This document shows positions 1-13,415 of a stretch of 64,000 bases of DNA, piece by piece. Where the stretch lies: assembly GCF_009914755.1 (NCBI RefSeq), contig NC_060925.1, one strand, 5' to 3'. The stretch's first letter is position 1; every line of letters starts with the position of its first letter. The notes below the pieces were generated by a model. It was given only the letters and a program-made list of their open reading frames with translations, was not told the origin of the DNA and searched no databases. A program made the translations under genes and the position numbers. This DNA comes from the human T2T-CHM13v2.0 reference genome, Homo sapiens.

Positions 1-510
1 CTTCTTATGGAAAATATCTTCTCAAATTTTTATATTCATTGATATACTGGGCTGTTTGTCAATTTCTTTGTAATAGGAGTTCTTTATATATTTTGAATGA
101 GTCCATTTATACATACATATTTTTTGCTGTATTATATAGCAAATAATTATTCCTGGTCTAGAGATAGCGTTTAAGTTGTTAAACAACAACATAATAAGGA
201 GAAGCTTTTTAAAAATGAAGTGCAATTCGCTTGATTTCTTATTGTGGTGAGTGCTACAGTATCTAGTCTAAGAAATATTTTCCTGTGTCAAGTTCATGAA
301 ACTATTTCCTATTTTTCCTTTACAAGGTTTCTAATTTTAACTTTCACATCTTAAGATAATTTCAACATATGATGGAGAGTGGTTAATATTAACTTTTTAA
401 AACAACAAATATTATTTCACTCAAAATCGTTTTACTTAAAAGTCTTTCATTTCCCCAATGAAGGGCATTGGTGTCTTTGTTTTTAAAACATTTAGAAGCG
501 GCGGTGCGAG

Positions 511-925
511 CATGTTCTCACTCATGGGTGGGAACTGAACAATGAGAACACTTGGACACAGGACGGGGAACATCACACACCAGGGCCTGTCATGGGGTGA
601 GGGCTGGGGGAGGGATAGCATTAGGAGAAATACCTAATGTAAATGACGAGTTAATGGGTGCAGCAAACCAACATGGCACACGTATATATATATAATATAT
701 ATACACGTGTATATATATTATACACATATATACATGTATACACGTATACATGTATACATGTATATACGTGTATACACGTATATATAATATATATACAAAC
801 ACATGAATATATATAATATATATACGTGTATATACATACGTGTATATATATAATACGTGTATATACATAATATACTATATATAACACGTGTATATATATA
901 TTATATATATATATTTTTCTTTTTT
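511..925 (+). mobile_element. L1PA 3'-end fragment whose tail is replaced by a (TA/CA)n microsatellite
   Basis: CATGTTCTCACTCATGGGTGGGAACTGAACAATGAGAACAC...GGGATAGCATTAGGAGAAATACCTAATG is the L1PA 3' UTR. Flanked by a 15-bp near-direct repeat (496-510 / 926-940). Confidence 0.85.
682..915. repeat. Degenerate (TA)n/(TACA)n microsatellite
   Basis: Directly visible alternating TA/CA/TG runs. Confidence 0.95.
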
Positions 926-2663
926 AAGTGGCGGAGCGAGGGCTACTGCACAGCTAGCAGAGTCGTGGCGAGGAGGACAGCACCTGCATCGAGCTCTCCG
1001 CCTCCCCCACCCGCCAGCCCAGGCGGCCCCAGCAGCAGTGACCAGAAGAGCCCCTGCAGCAACGCAACGGCCAGGTGGACACCTCCATCTACAGCCTCGT
1101 GGCGGACGGGACCTGTTAGGACACGGCCATTGTGGGCAACAAGGACCCACCTTCCATCTGGGCCGCCGTCCCAGGGAAAACCTTCCTCAACATCACGCCA
1201 GCTGAGGTTGGTGTCCTGGTTGGCAAAGACTGGTCAAGCTTTGTCATGAATGGGCTGACACTGGGGGGCCAGAAATATACTGTGGTCCTGGACTCACTGC
1301 TGCAGGATGGGGAATTGACCACGGATCTTCGTATGAAGAGCATCGGTGGAGCCCCCACCTTCAACGTCATTGTCACCATGACTGCCAAGACGCTAGGCCT
1401 GCTGATGGGCAAAGAAGGTATCCATGGCAATTTCATCAGCAAGTAATGTTATGAAATGGCCTCCCACCTTCAGCGTTCCCAGTACTGACCTGCTTTGTTC
1501 CTTCCACTCCACCGCTCCCCACAGCTTTGCCTGCCTTTCCTTCACATACACACACCATTTTAATTTCAGGAGTCATTACCCCACACACCTTATTGCTGCC
1601 AAAACCACATGGGCTGGGGGCCAGGGATAGATGGACAGACACCTTCCCCCACCCATACCCCTCCTGTGTGTGGCTGGAAAACTTTTTTGTTTTGATGGAT
1701 TTCTTATGAATAAAAAAGATTCTACTAAAAAAAATGAATAACTGTACATATGTGGGCATATTGTTTGAATCTGTATTCTTTCACTTTGATATATTTATGA
1801 ATACTTACACCATTACTACTGTTTTAAAATTACTGTAGCTTTAAAATCAGGTTTGAAATCTAGCAGAGTAAGTCCTCCAACTTATTGCTTCTTCAAGACC
1901 GACTTGCTTATTCTAGGTTCTTTGATTTTCAAATACATTTTGAAACTAGCTTTCAAATTTCTCTAAAATCTCCTACTAGAAATATTAATCAGAATTGTGT
2001 TGATGTAATATGCTAACAAAATTGAGTCTTCCAATCAATAAACATGATATATATTTATTTAGCCTTAATTTTTCTCACCAATTGCTTTTAGGGGCCTCGT
2101 ACCTGCTTCATTGCATGTATTGTTAAGCATGTAATGATTCTGGTTATTAATCTCTATTATGTTTTATTGAATTTCATTTTCTAGCTGCTAATTGCTAGTA
2201 TGGAGAAATTAAGATGATGAAATCAACTTTATAAAGGCATAATTTCGGTACAACAGACTGCACCACTTTAAAATGTGTAATTCAATGCACGTTTACAAAT
2301 GGATACACTAACGGAACTACTGCCACAACCAAGATAGAGGAAATTCCCTATGCCCCAAAGTTTCTTGTACCCCTTTGCAGTTCATCAGCCTTTCAACCCT
2401 CAGCCCCAAGGAGCCACTGTCACTTCAGGTCCGTTTGCATTTTTAACCATTTTCTATAAATGAAATGATACCTGTGTTCTTTTGTGTCTGCCTTCTTTCA
2501 TGCATCAATGTAATTTTAAAATCCATCTGTAATGTCTCGTAAATACTGAGTAGTATTCCTTCGTGTGGCTATACCATGTATGTTTGTACTTTCACTTATT
2601 ATTGGACATTTCTATCATTCCGCGTTTGGGCTATTATGAAGAAACTATCATGAGCATCCATAC

Positions 2664-3320
2664 GTGGCAGGCCAGGTCTCACTAACACAGGCCTCCCTAA
2701 CAACTGTTTCAGTACCGACTGAGTGGTTCAATTAAATATTAAGAGGAAAAAAAAAAAAGAAGCCAGTGCCCTTATACAAAGGCTGGAATGTAACAAAAGC
2801 CCACCAAGAGTTTTGCCTAGGTTTTTCCTGGGCCTTAAAGCATGACGAAATAACGAAGGCATTCTTAACAGGAGCCATTTAGTATTAAACGAGTTTTATT
2901 GGGGGTCTGAAGAAACTCCCCAGGCCTCCACAAACAAGTTTATTGGAGATCTGAAGGGACTCTCCAAACCTCTGTGATTTAGCAGGAGACAAGATAAGGG
3001 CCCCCAGCACCTAGACCCATTTAGATTAACTGAATTTAACTGAGGTTCCAGAGGAAGGTCTTCAGGACTCAGACTTATAGATTAAAAGAAGTTAATCATT
3101 TATGTATTTAGATGAATGCACACTTCCACATACACATATAGCTTAGAAGGTACATTAGCTCAGGAAAACTTTCCAATTTTGAGTTGGTCTGGTGATAATT
3201 TCCAGGCCGTTTCCCTGTAACCAGTTGCAGAAGTCAAAACTCTCTTCCTCCCCAGTTCATCTGTGTCTCGTTACGGAGCCACGAGAAACAGCATCCCGCC
3301 CCTCAGGTTGGTCTGGAAAC
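2664..3320 (+). mobile_element. ERV1-class solo LTR (MER4-group-like)
   Basis: Begins GTGGCAGGCCAGGTCTCACTAAC, recognisable LTR-type sequence; subfamily, strand and ends approximate. Confidence 0.55.
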
Positions 3321-3612
3321 ACACATACAGATCATTGTGCAGACACAGTGTGTAAATTCCTAGGAATGGAATGACTGTCTATCTGATTTGTGTTACGTTT
3401 AACCTTTAAGAAACTGTTAGATTTTCAAAGGAGCCATACCATTTTTCATTCCTACAAGTATAAGACTTCCAAGTGCTTTATATCCTCACCAACAGGTGCT
3501 ATTTTCAGCCTTTTTAATTTTAGCCATTCTTATGGATATGTACTGGTATCTCATTGTTGCACTGATTGATCTCCCTGATGACTAAACAGTGGAGCATCTT
3601 TTCCTATGCTAA

Positions 3613-3927
<315 letters not shown>

Positions 3928-4004
3928 CCATGTATCTTCTTTTCTGAAGTATCTAAGTCTTTTGAGAAATTGTTTCAATGTGCTGTTTATCTTATCAGAC
4001 TGCA

Positions 4005-4044
<40 letters not shown>

Positions 4045-4250
4045 CTGTCTGTGTATATATATATACATATATATATATACGTATATATATATATACACAC
4101 ACATATATATACGTATATGTATATATATACGTATATATATATATATATATTCCCTATTTGGAGATAATAATCTTCAAAACGGTGAATATATATATGTATA
4201 CACACACACACACACGTTTGTGTGTGTGTGTGTGTATACATATATATATG
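4005..4250. repeat. Compound (TG)n/(TA)n/(CA)n microsatellite
   Basis: Directly visible. Confidence 0.95.
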
Positions 4251-4684
4251 TCCTAAGAATCAATTAGACATACATGTGAGTATCTATTTCTGGATTCTCT
4301 CTTCTCTTCCACTGATATATATTCCATTTTTTTTTCAACAAAACACATAATCTTGATTTTCATAGCTGTAGAGTAATTCTGGAAATAGGTAGTGAATTCA
4401 TTCACCATTATTCTTTTATAATATTGCTATTTTATTATTCTTGATCATTGACATTACCATATAAATGGTAGAATCAGCTTGTAAATTTCTACCAAAATGC
4501 CGGTTGGAATTTTTATTAGAATTGCATTGGATCTGGAGATCAATTTACGAAGAACTGACTTTTTAAACATAACAACTCTTCTGATCCATGACAAGGTTTA
4601 TCTCCCCACTAATTTAGTTCTTTCATAATTTCTCAAAGCAATTTTTTGTAGTTTTTGGTGTACTGGCCTACTGGCCTTACATAA

Positions 4685-5001
<317 letters not shown>

Positions 5002-5608
5002 CTGTTGAATTTATTTATAAACACAACATGTATTTAGATGTTACTTTAAATGAAATTGTATTCTTATTTCATTTTCCAAATGCTCATTGCTAATATACAG
5101 AAATACAAAAGACCACTTATATTGAGAGCTTACATTCTGCAACACTACCAAACTCACTGATTAGTTCTGGTAGATTTTTGTAGATTTCTAGCATTGTTAA
5201 CAAACACAGTCATTATCTGTGAATAAAGACAGCTTCAATTCTTTCTTTTCAATACTTTATTAATTTTTCTTACTTTATTGCATTGATTTAGAGCTCTAGT
5301 ATAATGCTGAATTAAAAGAGTAACAACAGGTATTCTACTTTTTTCTCTGATTTAATAGAAAAGCATTCAATCTTATGCCATTTAATATAATGTTACCTGT
5401 GGGTTCTTCAAATCTGCCCTTAATGGGGTTGGAAGTGTTGCCTTCTGTTCTCATCATGCTGAGCATTTTCTGGGGTTTGTTTTTATAAATCATGAAAAAA
5501 GTTTTCAATTTTGCCAAATGCTTTTACTGTGTATGACAAGGTAATCATACGGTTTTTCTCTTTTGCCCTGATAATATATAAAATGATATTTTTTAAATAT
5601 AAAAAAGA

Positions 5609-5672
5609 GGCCGGGCATGGTGGCTCACGCCTGTAATCCCAGCACTTTGGGAGGCTGAGGCGGGCGGATCAC
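5609..5672 (+). mobile_element. Truncated Alu 5' fragment (64 bp)
   Basis: GGCCGGGCATGGTGGCTCACGCCTGTAATCCCAGCACTTTGGGAGGCTGAGGCGGGCGGATCAC followed by unrelated sequence. Confidence 0.9.
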
Positions 5673-7076
5673 ACTTGTGGCAGCATTGAAGGCTTCACTC
5701 TTCCCCAAGGGATCCAATCTCCCCTCAGTCAAGAAGCTCCAGGTATCTGAACTGGATGCCAGGTCAAAAATTCCCACTATGGTGACTCCAACAGGTCTCT
5801 GTCCTCAGAACTAGAGCTTTTCTAATTATTACATAAGTTGACTTCTTAGTAGATTTCCCATCCATTACATCCCAGACACCTCACAATGATTAGTAACCAC
5901 CACATGTCCCTGCCTCTCAAGGAAATCCCTCCCGCCTTGTCTCTAGACAGCCAAGTCCCACGGCCTGTCCTCTACTCTTCCAGAACCCTGTTGTTCTGAC
6001 AGCAGGGAGGACAAATCCATGCAGCATCTCCCACCATGACCTCCAGCCTGCAGAAGAGAGGTGCCACAGGACCTTTACACGCACGCCGCTGTTCCCCTCA
6101 CCCATGCATTTCTTAATGCCTTGGTGAGGAGAATGCCTCTGGGTCTTCCTTGATGGGAGCTAAAGGAACAAAGGTAAATAATGCTATGGGACCCACTGAG
6201 AATTGGGTCTGTGGAAGAGTGGCCACTGAAGTAATAGACAGATGCAGCTATTGCCAGATACTCAGTGCCAGAGCAGGGAGGGAGAGGGAAGAAATACGGA
6301 CCTCACCTTCCTCTCACTTCCAGGCTCCATCAGGTGCCCCCACTGCTAAACCTAACTGCAAGTGTGCACACAGGGGAGCCAGGGATGCATTCTAGAAGGG
6401 ACAAGCCCCAAGTGGCATAAGACAGGATGGAAATGAGTGGAGAGTGGATCTGTGGGAAGGAGGAGGGGATGTTATGGGGAAACAAAAGGAGAATACTAGC
6501 TAATAACGCTAGGTGACACTAATATCCCCAAGTCTGTGCTCATATTCGGAAAAGAAAGCTCAGCGTAAAGCACTCAACCAGGAGTCAAGATATTGTTATT
6601 TTCAACTGTTGTTCCAACAGTTGTATTATAAAGGGCTAGTTTATTTCATGCCTTTCTAATTTGACATAAAGTGCTACATGGCATTGGGGCTGGTACAGCC
6701 TCGCTCAATTATGGGTTGAAGAGTACACAGAGACTGCCAGGCTGAGGGAAGGTGCAAGAGAATAGAAGAGATGCTCACAGAGAACCACAGACCGCACGGC
6801 CCCAGAGTCAGGGGCAGCATCAGCCACTGTCGGCTGCTCATTTGTCCAGACAGAGCCCACAAGCCTCAGCCATGCTTTGCTTCTGCAAGATGCTTCTTCA
6901 CCTTTTCAATAAACCTGCCTGAATTAAAGCTGATGGGAGTTTATTTCTCCTTCATCATAAAAGAAATTCTTCACCACAACAATCTCCAATGAATTGTGGG
7001 CACAGAAGGCAGACCCATCCCTGCTTCTCTTCCACTATCTCCCCTGTAGGTTGAAAAGGAGGAGGTACTGAATTAC

Positions 7077-7301
7077 CTCCAAATGTTCCTCTGGCTCTGA
7101 TATTCTGTGACTCTGGTTTCTTTTCGGCTACTTTGTTTTTGGAAGCATGTATCCTAAGGCGTCCAGTTGAAAAACCTTTGTCTACTGTGTCCAGACATTC
7201 CTGGTGGTATTTCAGATTAAGACACCCTTGGGTTGCTGCACTCACAACCACTGAACCAATTCTATGACCATCTGTTTCATGGCCACCTGTTTGCTCATTT
7301 T
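7077..7301 (-). other. Candidate internal exon (225 nt) of a minus-strand spliced lncRNA/unprocessed-pseudogene transcript
   Basis: Acceptor CCTCCCTTTATGTACATAG| at 7302, donor GAG|GTAATT at 7076; open in frame with the upstream exon. Confidence 0.6.
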
Positions 7302-7623
7302 CTATGTACATAAAGGGAGGGGACACAACAAATTTGCATATTATAAACTGTATCATCTTAAAAAGGAAACAAGGCAATATTTTGCAATAAAACCTTAAGA
7401 TGCATTAAATTTAAGCCTAATGCAGTAAAGAATGCCCATAAAATTATTATCTAAAGAATGTTTAGAAAATTGTTGAACAAGGGACATCATCATTTAAAGT
7501 GATACGAAGAAAACTCAGCTAAGCATATGGGCTAGATTAGAGAGAAAAATAAAGGACCCATCTCTGCCCTGGAAAAACTACTGGTAGCATCTTTCACAAA
7601 GCTCTCTGTGTTTGAGTACGCAC

Positions 7624-7765
7624 CTTGATCCATAGGCTCACATTTGATCCCAACTGGCGGCTGCTTCTTGGCATTAACTTTGGATTCCCAACCAGTAAAT
7701 CTTACCAAGATCTGAGTTTCTCCAGGTATGATATTATTTTGTTTGACCATCCTTATCTTCAAGGG
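7624..7765 (-). other. Candidate internal exon (142 nt) of the same minus-strand transcript
   Basis: Acceptor TTTGTTTCTTCTTGGTAG| at 7766, donor AAG|GTGCGT at 7623; encodes MVKQNNIIPGETQILVRFTGWESKVNAKKQPPVGIKCEPMDQ. Confidence 0.6.
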
Positions 7766-8939
7766 CTACCAAGAAGAAACAAATCATTTATTTACCTCCC
7801 CAGAGGAAAAGGTTTTACCAATGAGACACTTTCTTACCATGACCCCAGGGCCCCCATGCCCTGTTCACTTGAGTGCCCTGTGTGGCCTGAGAGAAGCTCA
7901 TACTGGTCACAGGATTCTTTATATGATTAACCTCCTTCCTGAATCCCAACTTTATGGTGGTGGTGATGACAGGTATCCCATGCTCATGTCCCTGAAGTCA
8001 TCAGCCTGTCTCCAGTTAGAAAAAATTACATGTATATAGAGAAGCCTCTTTGGAAGTAGCAAAAGCTTTCTCACCTTCATACATTAATGGTTGGAATGTA
8101 CAATAGTATAAACACTTTGGGAAAAAATGTCTGGCATATTCTTACAGAACTAAACAACTACCTATTCTATGACTCACTAATTCCTAAGCATTTATCCAAG
8201 AGAAATTAAAACATATGTCCAGAAAATGATTTATACAAGAATGTTCATAGCAGTTTTATTCATAATAGGAAAAACTGGAAACATTCAAATATCTATCAAT
8301 ACAAGAATGGATCAATAAACTGTGATACATTCATTCCATGGAACGGCTAAAGGAACAAACTTTTGACACACAAAACAAGATGGATGAATCTCAAAAACAT
8401 TTTGAGTGCAATAGGAGCCATACGCAAAAGAGTGTGAGAAAAATGATAAATAATAATGGTTTCAAGAAATGCAGAGCAGAGAGCCCAGAGGCAAAGACCC
8501 ACAGGACAGAGGGTCAGTCCCAGGCTGTGGATCCTAACTAAGAAACTCCTGCTGGATTTTGCCCAGCTCCATTTCCAAACTATTTTGGGTTATTGACTTC
8601 TTTATCCCCTCCATGTTCCCTCATTTTGAACTAGAATCACTGTAGTGGTTATTCTATGTCTGTCCCATCATTTCACATTAGGGGCAGATAAGCTGTTTGT
8701 TCAGTTTCACAGGTCGACAGAGGTAAGGGAATTATGTCAAGGATCTGCACTTAATGGACACTCTCGGAAGCCTCATTCACACCTGGTGTGGATGTTTTAG
8801 ATGGGATTTTAAACTTTTGATCTGATGTGGTCTACATGACATTTTTCATGTTGAACTAATGCTTTAATGACATGAAATCTGGAAACCTCAGGGGAGAGGG
8901 TAAATGCACTTTGCAGATGGGGGAATGTGAGTGTCCTAC

Positions 8940-9510
8940 TGTGGTAGATGGAATTTCTGAAATGGTCCCCAAACATGCCACACCCTTGTCTCTAAAGCCT
9001 CTTAAGGTGATGAGACACCATTCCTGTGACTATGTTGTTATATGCCAGTTATATGACTTTAAGATGGTGAGGTTACCGCATGAACTGGATCTAATCACAT
9101 CACTCCATACATGACAGAGCTTTGTGTGGCTGGTTGGAGAAGATGAAGTCAGAGAAGGTGGGAGCTTGAGAAGGACTCCATGAGTTGTTATTGGTTGAAA
9201 GATGAAACAGACAGGTAAGGAGGAAAGCATGTGGCCTCTGGAGTCAGAGTAGACTGTCTCCCCGCTGACAGCCAGCACAGAAAAAGGGCCCTCAGTCCCC
9301 CACAAACAAGAATAGGAACTCTTTCATTATCTGTAGTGAACCTGGAAAAATAGCTTGAGCTCTAGGAAAAAAACACAGCCAGCCCATTCCCGGATTTTAG
9401 CCTCACATGACTCTGATCAGAGAACCCGGCCACTTCATTCCAGACTTCTGTGGTTTCAAACCACTGGTTTGTGGTAATGTGATAATAGGCAGCAAGAGAA
9501 AACTAGTACA
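8940..9510 (+). mobile_element. MaLR (MLT1-type) LTR
   Basis: TGTGGTAG... start and ...GGTTTGTGGTAATG...GCAGCAAGAGAAAACTAGTACA end, typical of MLT1. Confidence 0.65.
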
Positions 9511-9747
9511 GGTGCCTGTCTCTCCTCTTGAATTTCAATTTCAGATAAATGTATGCTAACCCTCTAAGAGAAAAAAATCAATCAACCAATCAATGAAAGA
9601 ACTACAGTAAAAATATTGCCCTCACCTTTATGTGGCTGTTCCAGAGCCCTTGCCACCTGAAGAAGACAATGAGGGGTATTTCAGGCACTTGAGGAGTGTG
9701 GCTTTACTGTTATCAATCACATTTCTGGAAGAATAAAAATGGTTCAG

Positions 9748-10720
9748 TGAAGGGATGGGTTGCCCCTCCACACCTGTGGGCGTTTCTCATTAGGTGGAAG
9801 GAGAGACTTGGAAAAGAAAGAGACACAGAGACAAAGTACAGAGGAAGAAAAATGGGCCCAGGGGACCGGCGTTCAGCATACGGAGGACCCATGCCGGCAC
9901 TGGCCTCTGAGTTCCCTTAGTATTTATTGATCATTATCGGGCATTTCCGGAGAGGGGGATGTGGCAGGACAATAGGATAATAGTGGAGAGAAGATCAGCA
10001 GGTAAACACGTGAACAAATGTCTCTGCATCATAAACAAGGTAAAGAAAAAAGTGCTGTGCTTTTGATGTGCATATACAGAAACATCTCAATGCCTTAAAG
10101 AGCAGTATTGCTGCCAGCATGTCCCACCTCCAGTCCTAAGGCGGTTTTCTCCTATCTCAGTAGATGGAATATACAATCGGGCTTTACACCGAGACATTCC
10201 ATTGCCCAGGGACGAGCAGGAGACAGATGCCTTCCTCTTATCTCAACTGCAAAGAGGCCTTCCTTCCTCTTTTACTAATCCTCCTCAGCACAGACCCTTT
10301 ACGGGTGTCGGGCTGGGGGACAGTCAGGTCTTTCCCTTCCCACGAGGCTGTATTTCAGACTATCACATGGGGAGAAACCTTGGACAATACCTGGCTTTCC
10401 TAGGCAGAGGACCCTGCAGTCTTCCGCAGTGTAGTGTGCCTCTGGGTACTTGAGATTAGGGAGTGGTGATGACTCTTAACAAGCATGCTGCCTTCAAGCA
10501 TTTGTTTAACAAAGCACACCCTGAACAGCCCTTAATCCATTTAACCCTGAGTTGACACAGCCCATGTCTTAGGGAGCACAGGGTTGGGGGTAGGGTTACA
10601 GATTAACAGCGTCTCAAGGCAAAACAATTTTTCTTAGTACAGAACAAAATGGAGTCTCTTATGTCTACTTCTTCCTACACAGACACAGTAACAATCTGAT
10701 CTCTCTTTCTTTTCCCCACA
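9748..10720 (-). mobile_element. HERV-K(HML-2) solo LTR (LTR5A/B-like)
   Basis: Reverse strand starts TGTGGGGAAAAGAAAGAGAGATCAGATTGTTACTGTGTCTGTG; 973 bp; 6-bp TSD GTTCAG at 9742-9747 and 10721-10726. Confidence 0.93.
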
Positions 10721-10726
10721 GTTCAG

Positions 10727-11020
10727 GTCAGGCCGTGGCTCGTGTCTGTAATCCTAGCACTTTGAGAGGCCAAGGCAGGTGGATCACTTGAGGTCAAGAG
10801 TTAGAGACCAACCTGGCCAACATGAAGAAACCCTGTCTCTACCAAAAATACAAACATTAGCCAGGTGCGGTGGCAGGCGCCTGTAATCCCAGCTATTCAG
10901 GAGGCTGAGGCAGGAGAATCACTTGAACTCAGGAGGTGGAGGTTGCAGTGAGCTGAGATGGCGCCGTTGCATTTGAGCCCAAGGAAAAGAGAAATAACTC
11001 CATCTCCAAAAAAAAAAAGA
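10727..11020 (+). mobile_element. AluS
   Basis: Dimeric Alu with A tail. Confidence 0.85.
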
Positions 11021-11899
11021 TAAAATAAAGACGGTTCACTACTTAACTCCAAATATTATTATGTGAAAATGTATCATCTCAATTTTAATAGCAGATTTTA
11101 AAAAATTCCTTTTCTTGTGCTCACCAGACAAGGTTTGGTAACAAATACCAGTCACCAGCACAGATGAACCAATTCAAGGAGAGCCATAAACAGGACTACT
11201 ATTATGTTTCCCCAAAAACCATCCCTAGAATGCAATCTCTTCTCTACTTGTCACAAAACGAACACAATAGTCCACTATATAAAGTCCCAAACACAGGAAA
11301 ATGTAAATATAATGAAATCTGCTTTCCAAATGTTTATTCTATTCAGACCCAGTCATGGGGACCAGGGATTAGGAAATGACTACAAACAGGTTCAAGGGAA
11401 TTTGGGAAGTGACAAAATATGCTGAAGTAGAACTCTGCTGATGGCTGCACAATTCGATAAATCAACTTACATCATTGAGTTGTACATTAACAATGGGGGA
11501 CTTTTATAACAAGTAATTCTTTAAACAAACTTTTGGGTTTCTATTTCAACATGGAAAGAGCTAGGCAGTCATCACTTGTCCTCACAGCTAGAAAAAGGCT
11601 GAACAAACTGAAAGTCAACCCTTCTAGGGTGGATCAGAGAATTGAGGTCACAGGGAAAACTGCCACCTTAAAAATGAGAAACACAGGCTAACACACAAGG
11701 AGTCACAGCTCACAGGGAAGAGAAGCTACTGGGGACAGCAAGTGGGAGGAGCACTTAAATGGTATTGACAGATTACTAGAAGCTGAGGGTAGCCTGGCTA
11801 GAACATTAAAAACTCCTTGAAGACCAGACTAAGGGGGAATCTCACACATTTCCAAGTGTTACTACAATGATCTCAACCAGGTTCTCATGATGAAGTTCA

Positions 11900-13415
11900 G
11901 AAAAACTCCCTGAGGTTTGGCACTACCAACTTCAGGACTTACATTAAGCTACAGTAACCCAAATAGTGTGAAGTTGGTGAAAAGAGAAAACACACACATA
12001 TAGATGCATGGAAAAGAATACGGAGCCCAGAAGCAGGCCTACATACAGTCCACTGATCTTCCATGGAGGTTTAGAGACAATTTAAAACAGCAAAGATAGC
12101 CTTTCCAACTAGTGGTGCTAGAACAGCTGGACAACCACATGCAAAAAAAATAAATAAATCCAGGTATGCATGTTATATACCCTTTATAAAATAAATCTTA
12201 CACGTAAATGTAAGGTGCAAAACCATAAGAATCCTAAGAGATAAAATAGGAGAAAATCTGAGGGATCCTGGGTTCAATGATGGCTTCTTAGATACAAAAC
12301 CAAAAGCACAATCTACTAATGAAAAAAAAATTAAGTTGAGCCTCATTAAAATTAAAAACTTCTGTTGTGTGAAAGACACTGTTAAGAGAATGGAAAAAGC
12401 AAGTCACAGACTGGGAGAAAATATTTACAAAATAATCTGATGGAAAAACTGCTGCCAAAATATATGAAGAATTCTGAGAACTAAACAACACAAAGCAAAA
12501 AAAAAAAAAAAAAAAAAGGTGAAAGATCTCAACACCTCATTAATAAGATATACAGATGGCAAATAAGCATATGAGAAAGATGCTCAAAATCATTTGTTGT
12601 GAGGGAATTGCACATTAAAACAACGAGATATCACTGTAAACCTATCAGAATGGCTAAAACACAAAACGGTGAACACACCAAATGCTGTCAAAGATGAGGA
12701 ACAACCAGAACTCTCCATAGCTAGTGGAAATCAAAAGTGTACAGTCACTTTGGACAACTTAAGTTCATTCAAAATCCTGCACATAAGTACTTGCAGCAAT
12801 TTTATCATAATTGTCAAAACTTGGAAGTACCCAAGACGTCTTTCACCAAGTGAATGAATAAACAAACTGTGTTGTAGCCATACAATGAAATCTGATTCAG
12901 TGATTTTACAAAACAAGCTGTCAAGTCATGAAAAGACGTGGAGGAACTTAAAGTACATAATGCTAGAAAGAAGCCAGTCTGGAAACCTACATACTGTAAT
13001 TCCAACTCTAGGACATTCTTGGAAAGTCAAAAAGATAGAAGTAGTAAAATGATGAGTGGTTGTCAGGGGTGGAGGAGAGGAGGAGGCACGAAATGGTGAA
13101 GTACAGGGAATTTTCAGCAGTGAAACTATTTTGCATGATGCTGTATTGGGGATTTAGGACATTACATAATTGCCAAAACCCATAATCTGTGAAACTCAAA
13201 GAATGAACTCTAGTGTAAACTATGGACTTTAGTTGATAATGATGTATCAATAGTGGTTCATCAATTGTAACGAATGGACCACACTAATACAACATACTAA
13301 TAGGGGAAACTGTGTGCTGGAGGACAGGGGAGCCTAGGAGAACTCTCTGTACTATCCACTCCATTTTTCTGTAAACCTAGAACTGTTCTAAAAAATAACA
13401 TCTATTACTTTTTTT
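11900..13415 (+). mobile_element. Old L1M 3' region
   Basis: ORF2 C-terminal/3' UTR L1M-like sequence (e.g. ATTAAAATTAAAAACTTCTG, GTAAACTATGGACTTTAG); boundaries approximate. Confidence 0.75.

Larger units (their letters stand above)
496..1734 (+). pseudogene. Processed pseudogene of profilin-1 (PFN1P-type)
   Basis: Intronless profilin-1 homology ([27 protein letters not shown]...LLQDGE...LMGKEG). Start codon is ACG at 1067, with a 1-nt deletion just after it and a premature TAA at 1444-1446. Native stop TGA at 1486-1488, AATAAA at 1709-1714, A-tail at 1727-1734. The 5' end is interrupted by an L1 fragment. Confidence 0.95.

Noticed and set aside
1132-1446. Functional profilin CDS
   Set aside because: Start codon lost, early frameshift, premature stop, and the listed ORF begins at a GTG.
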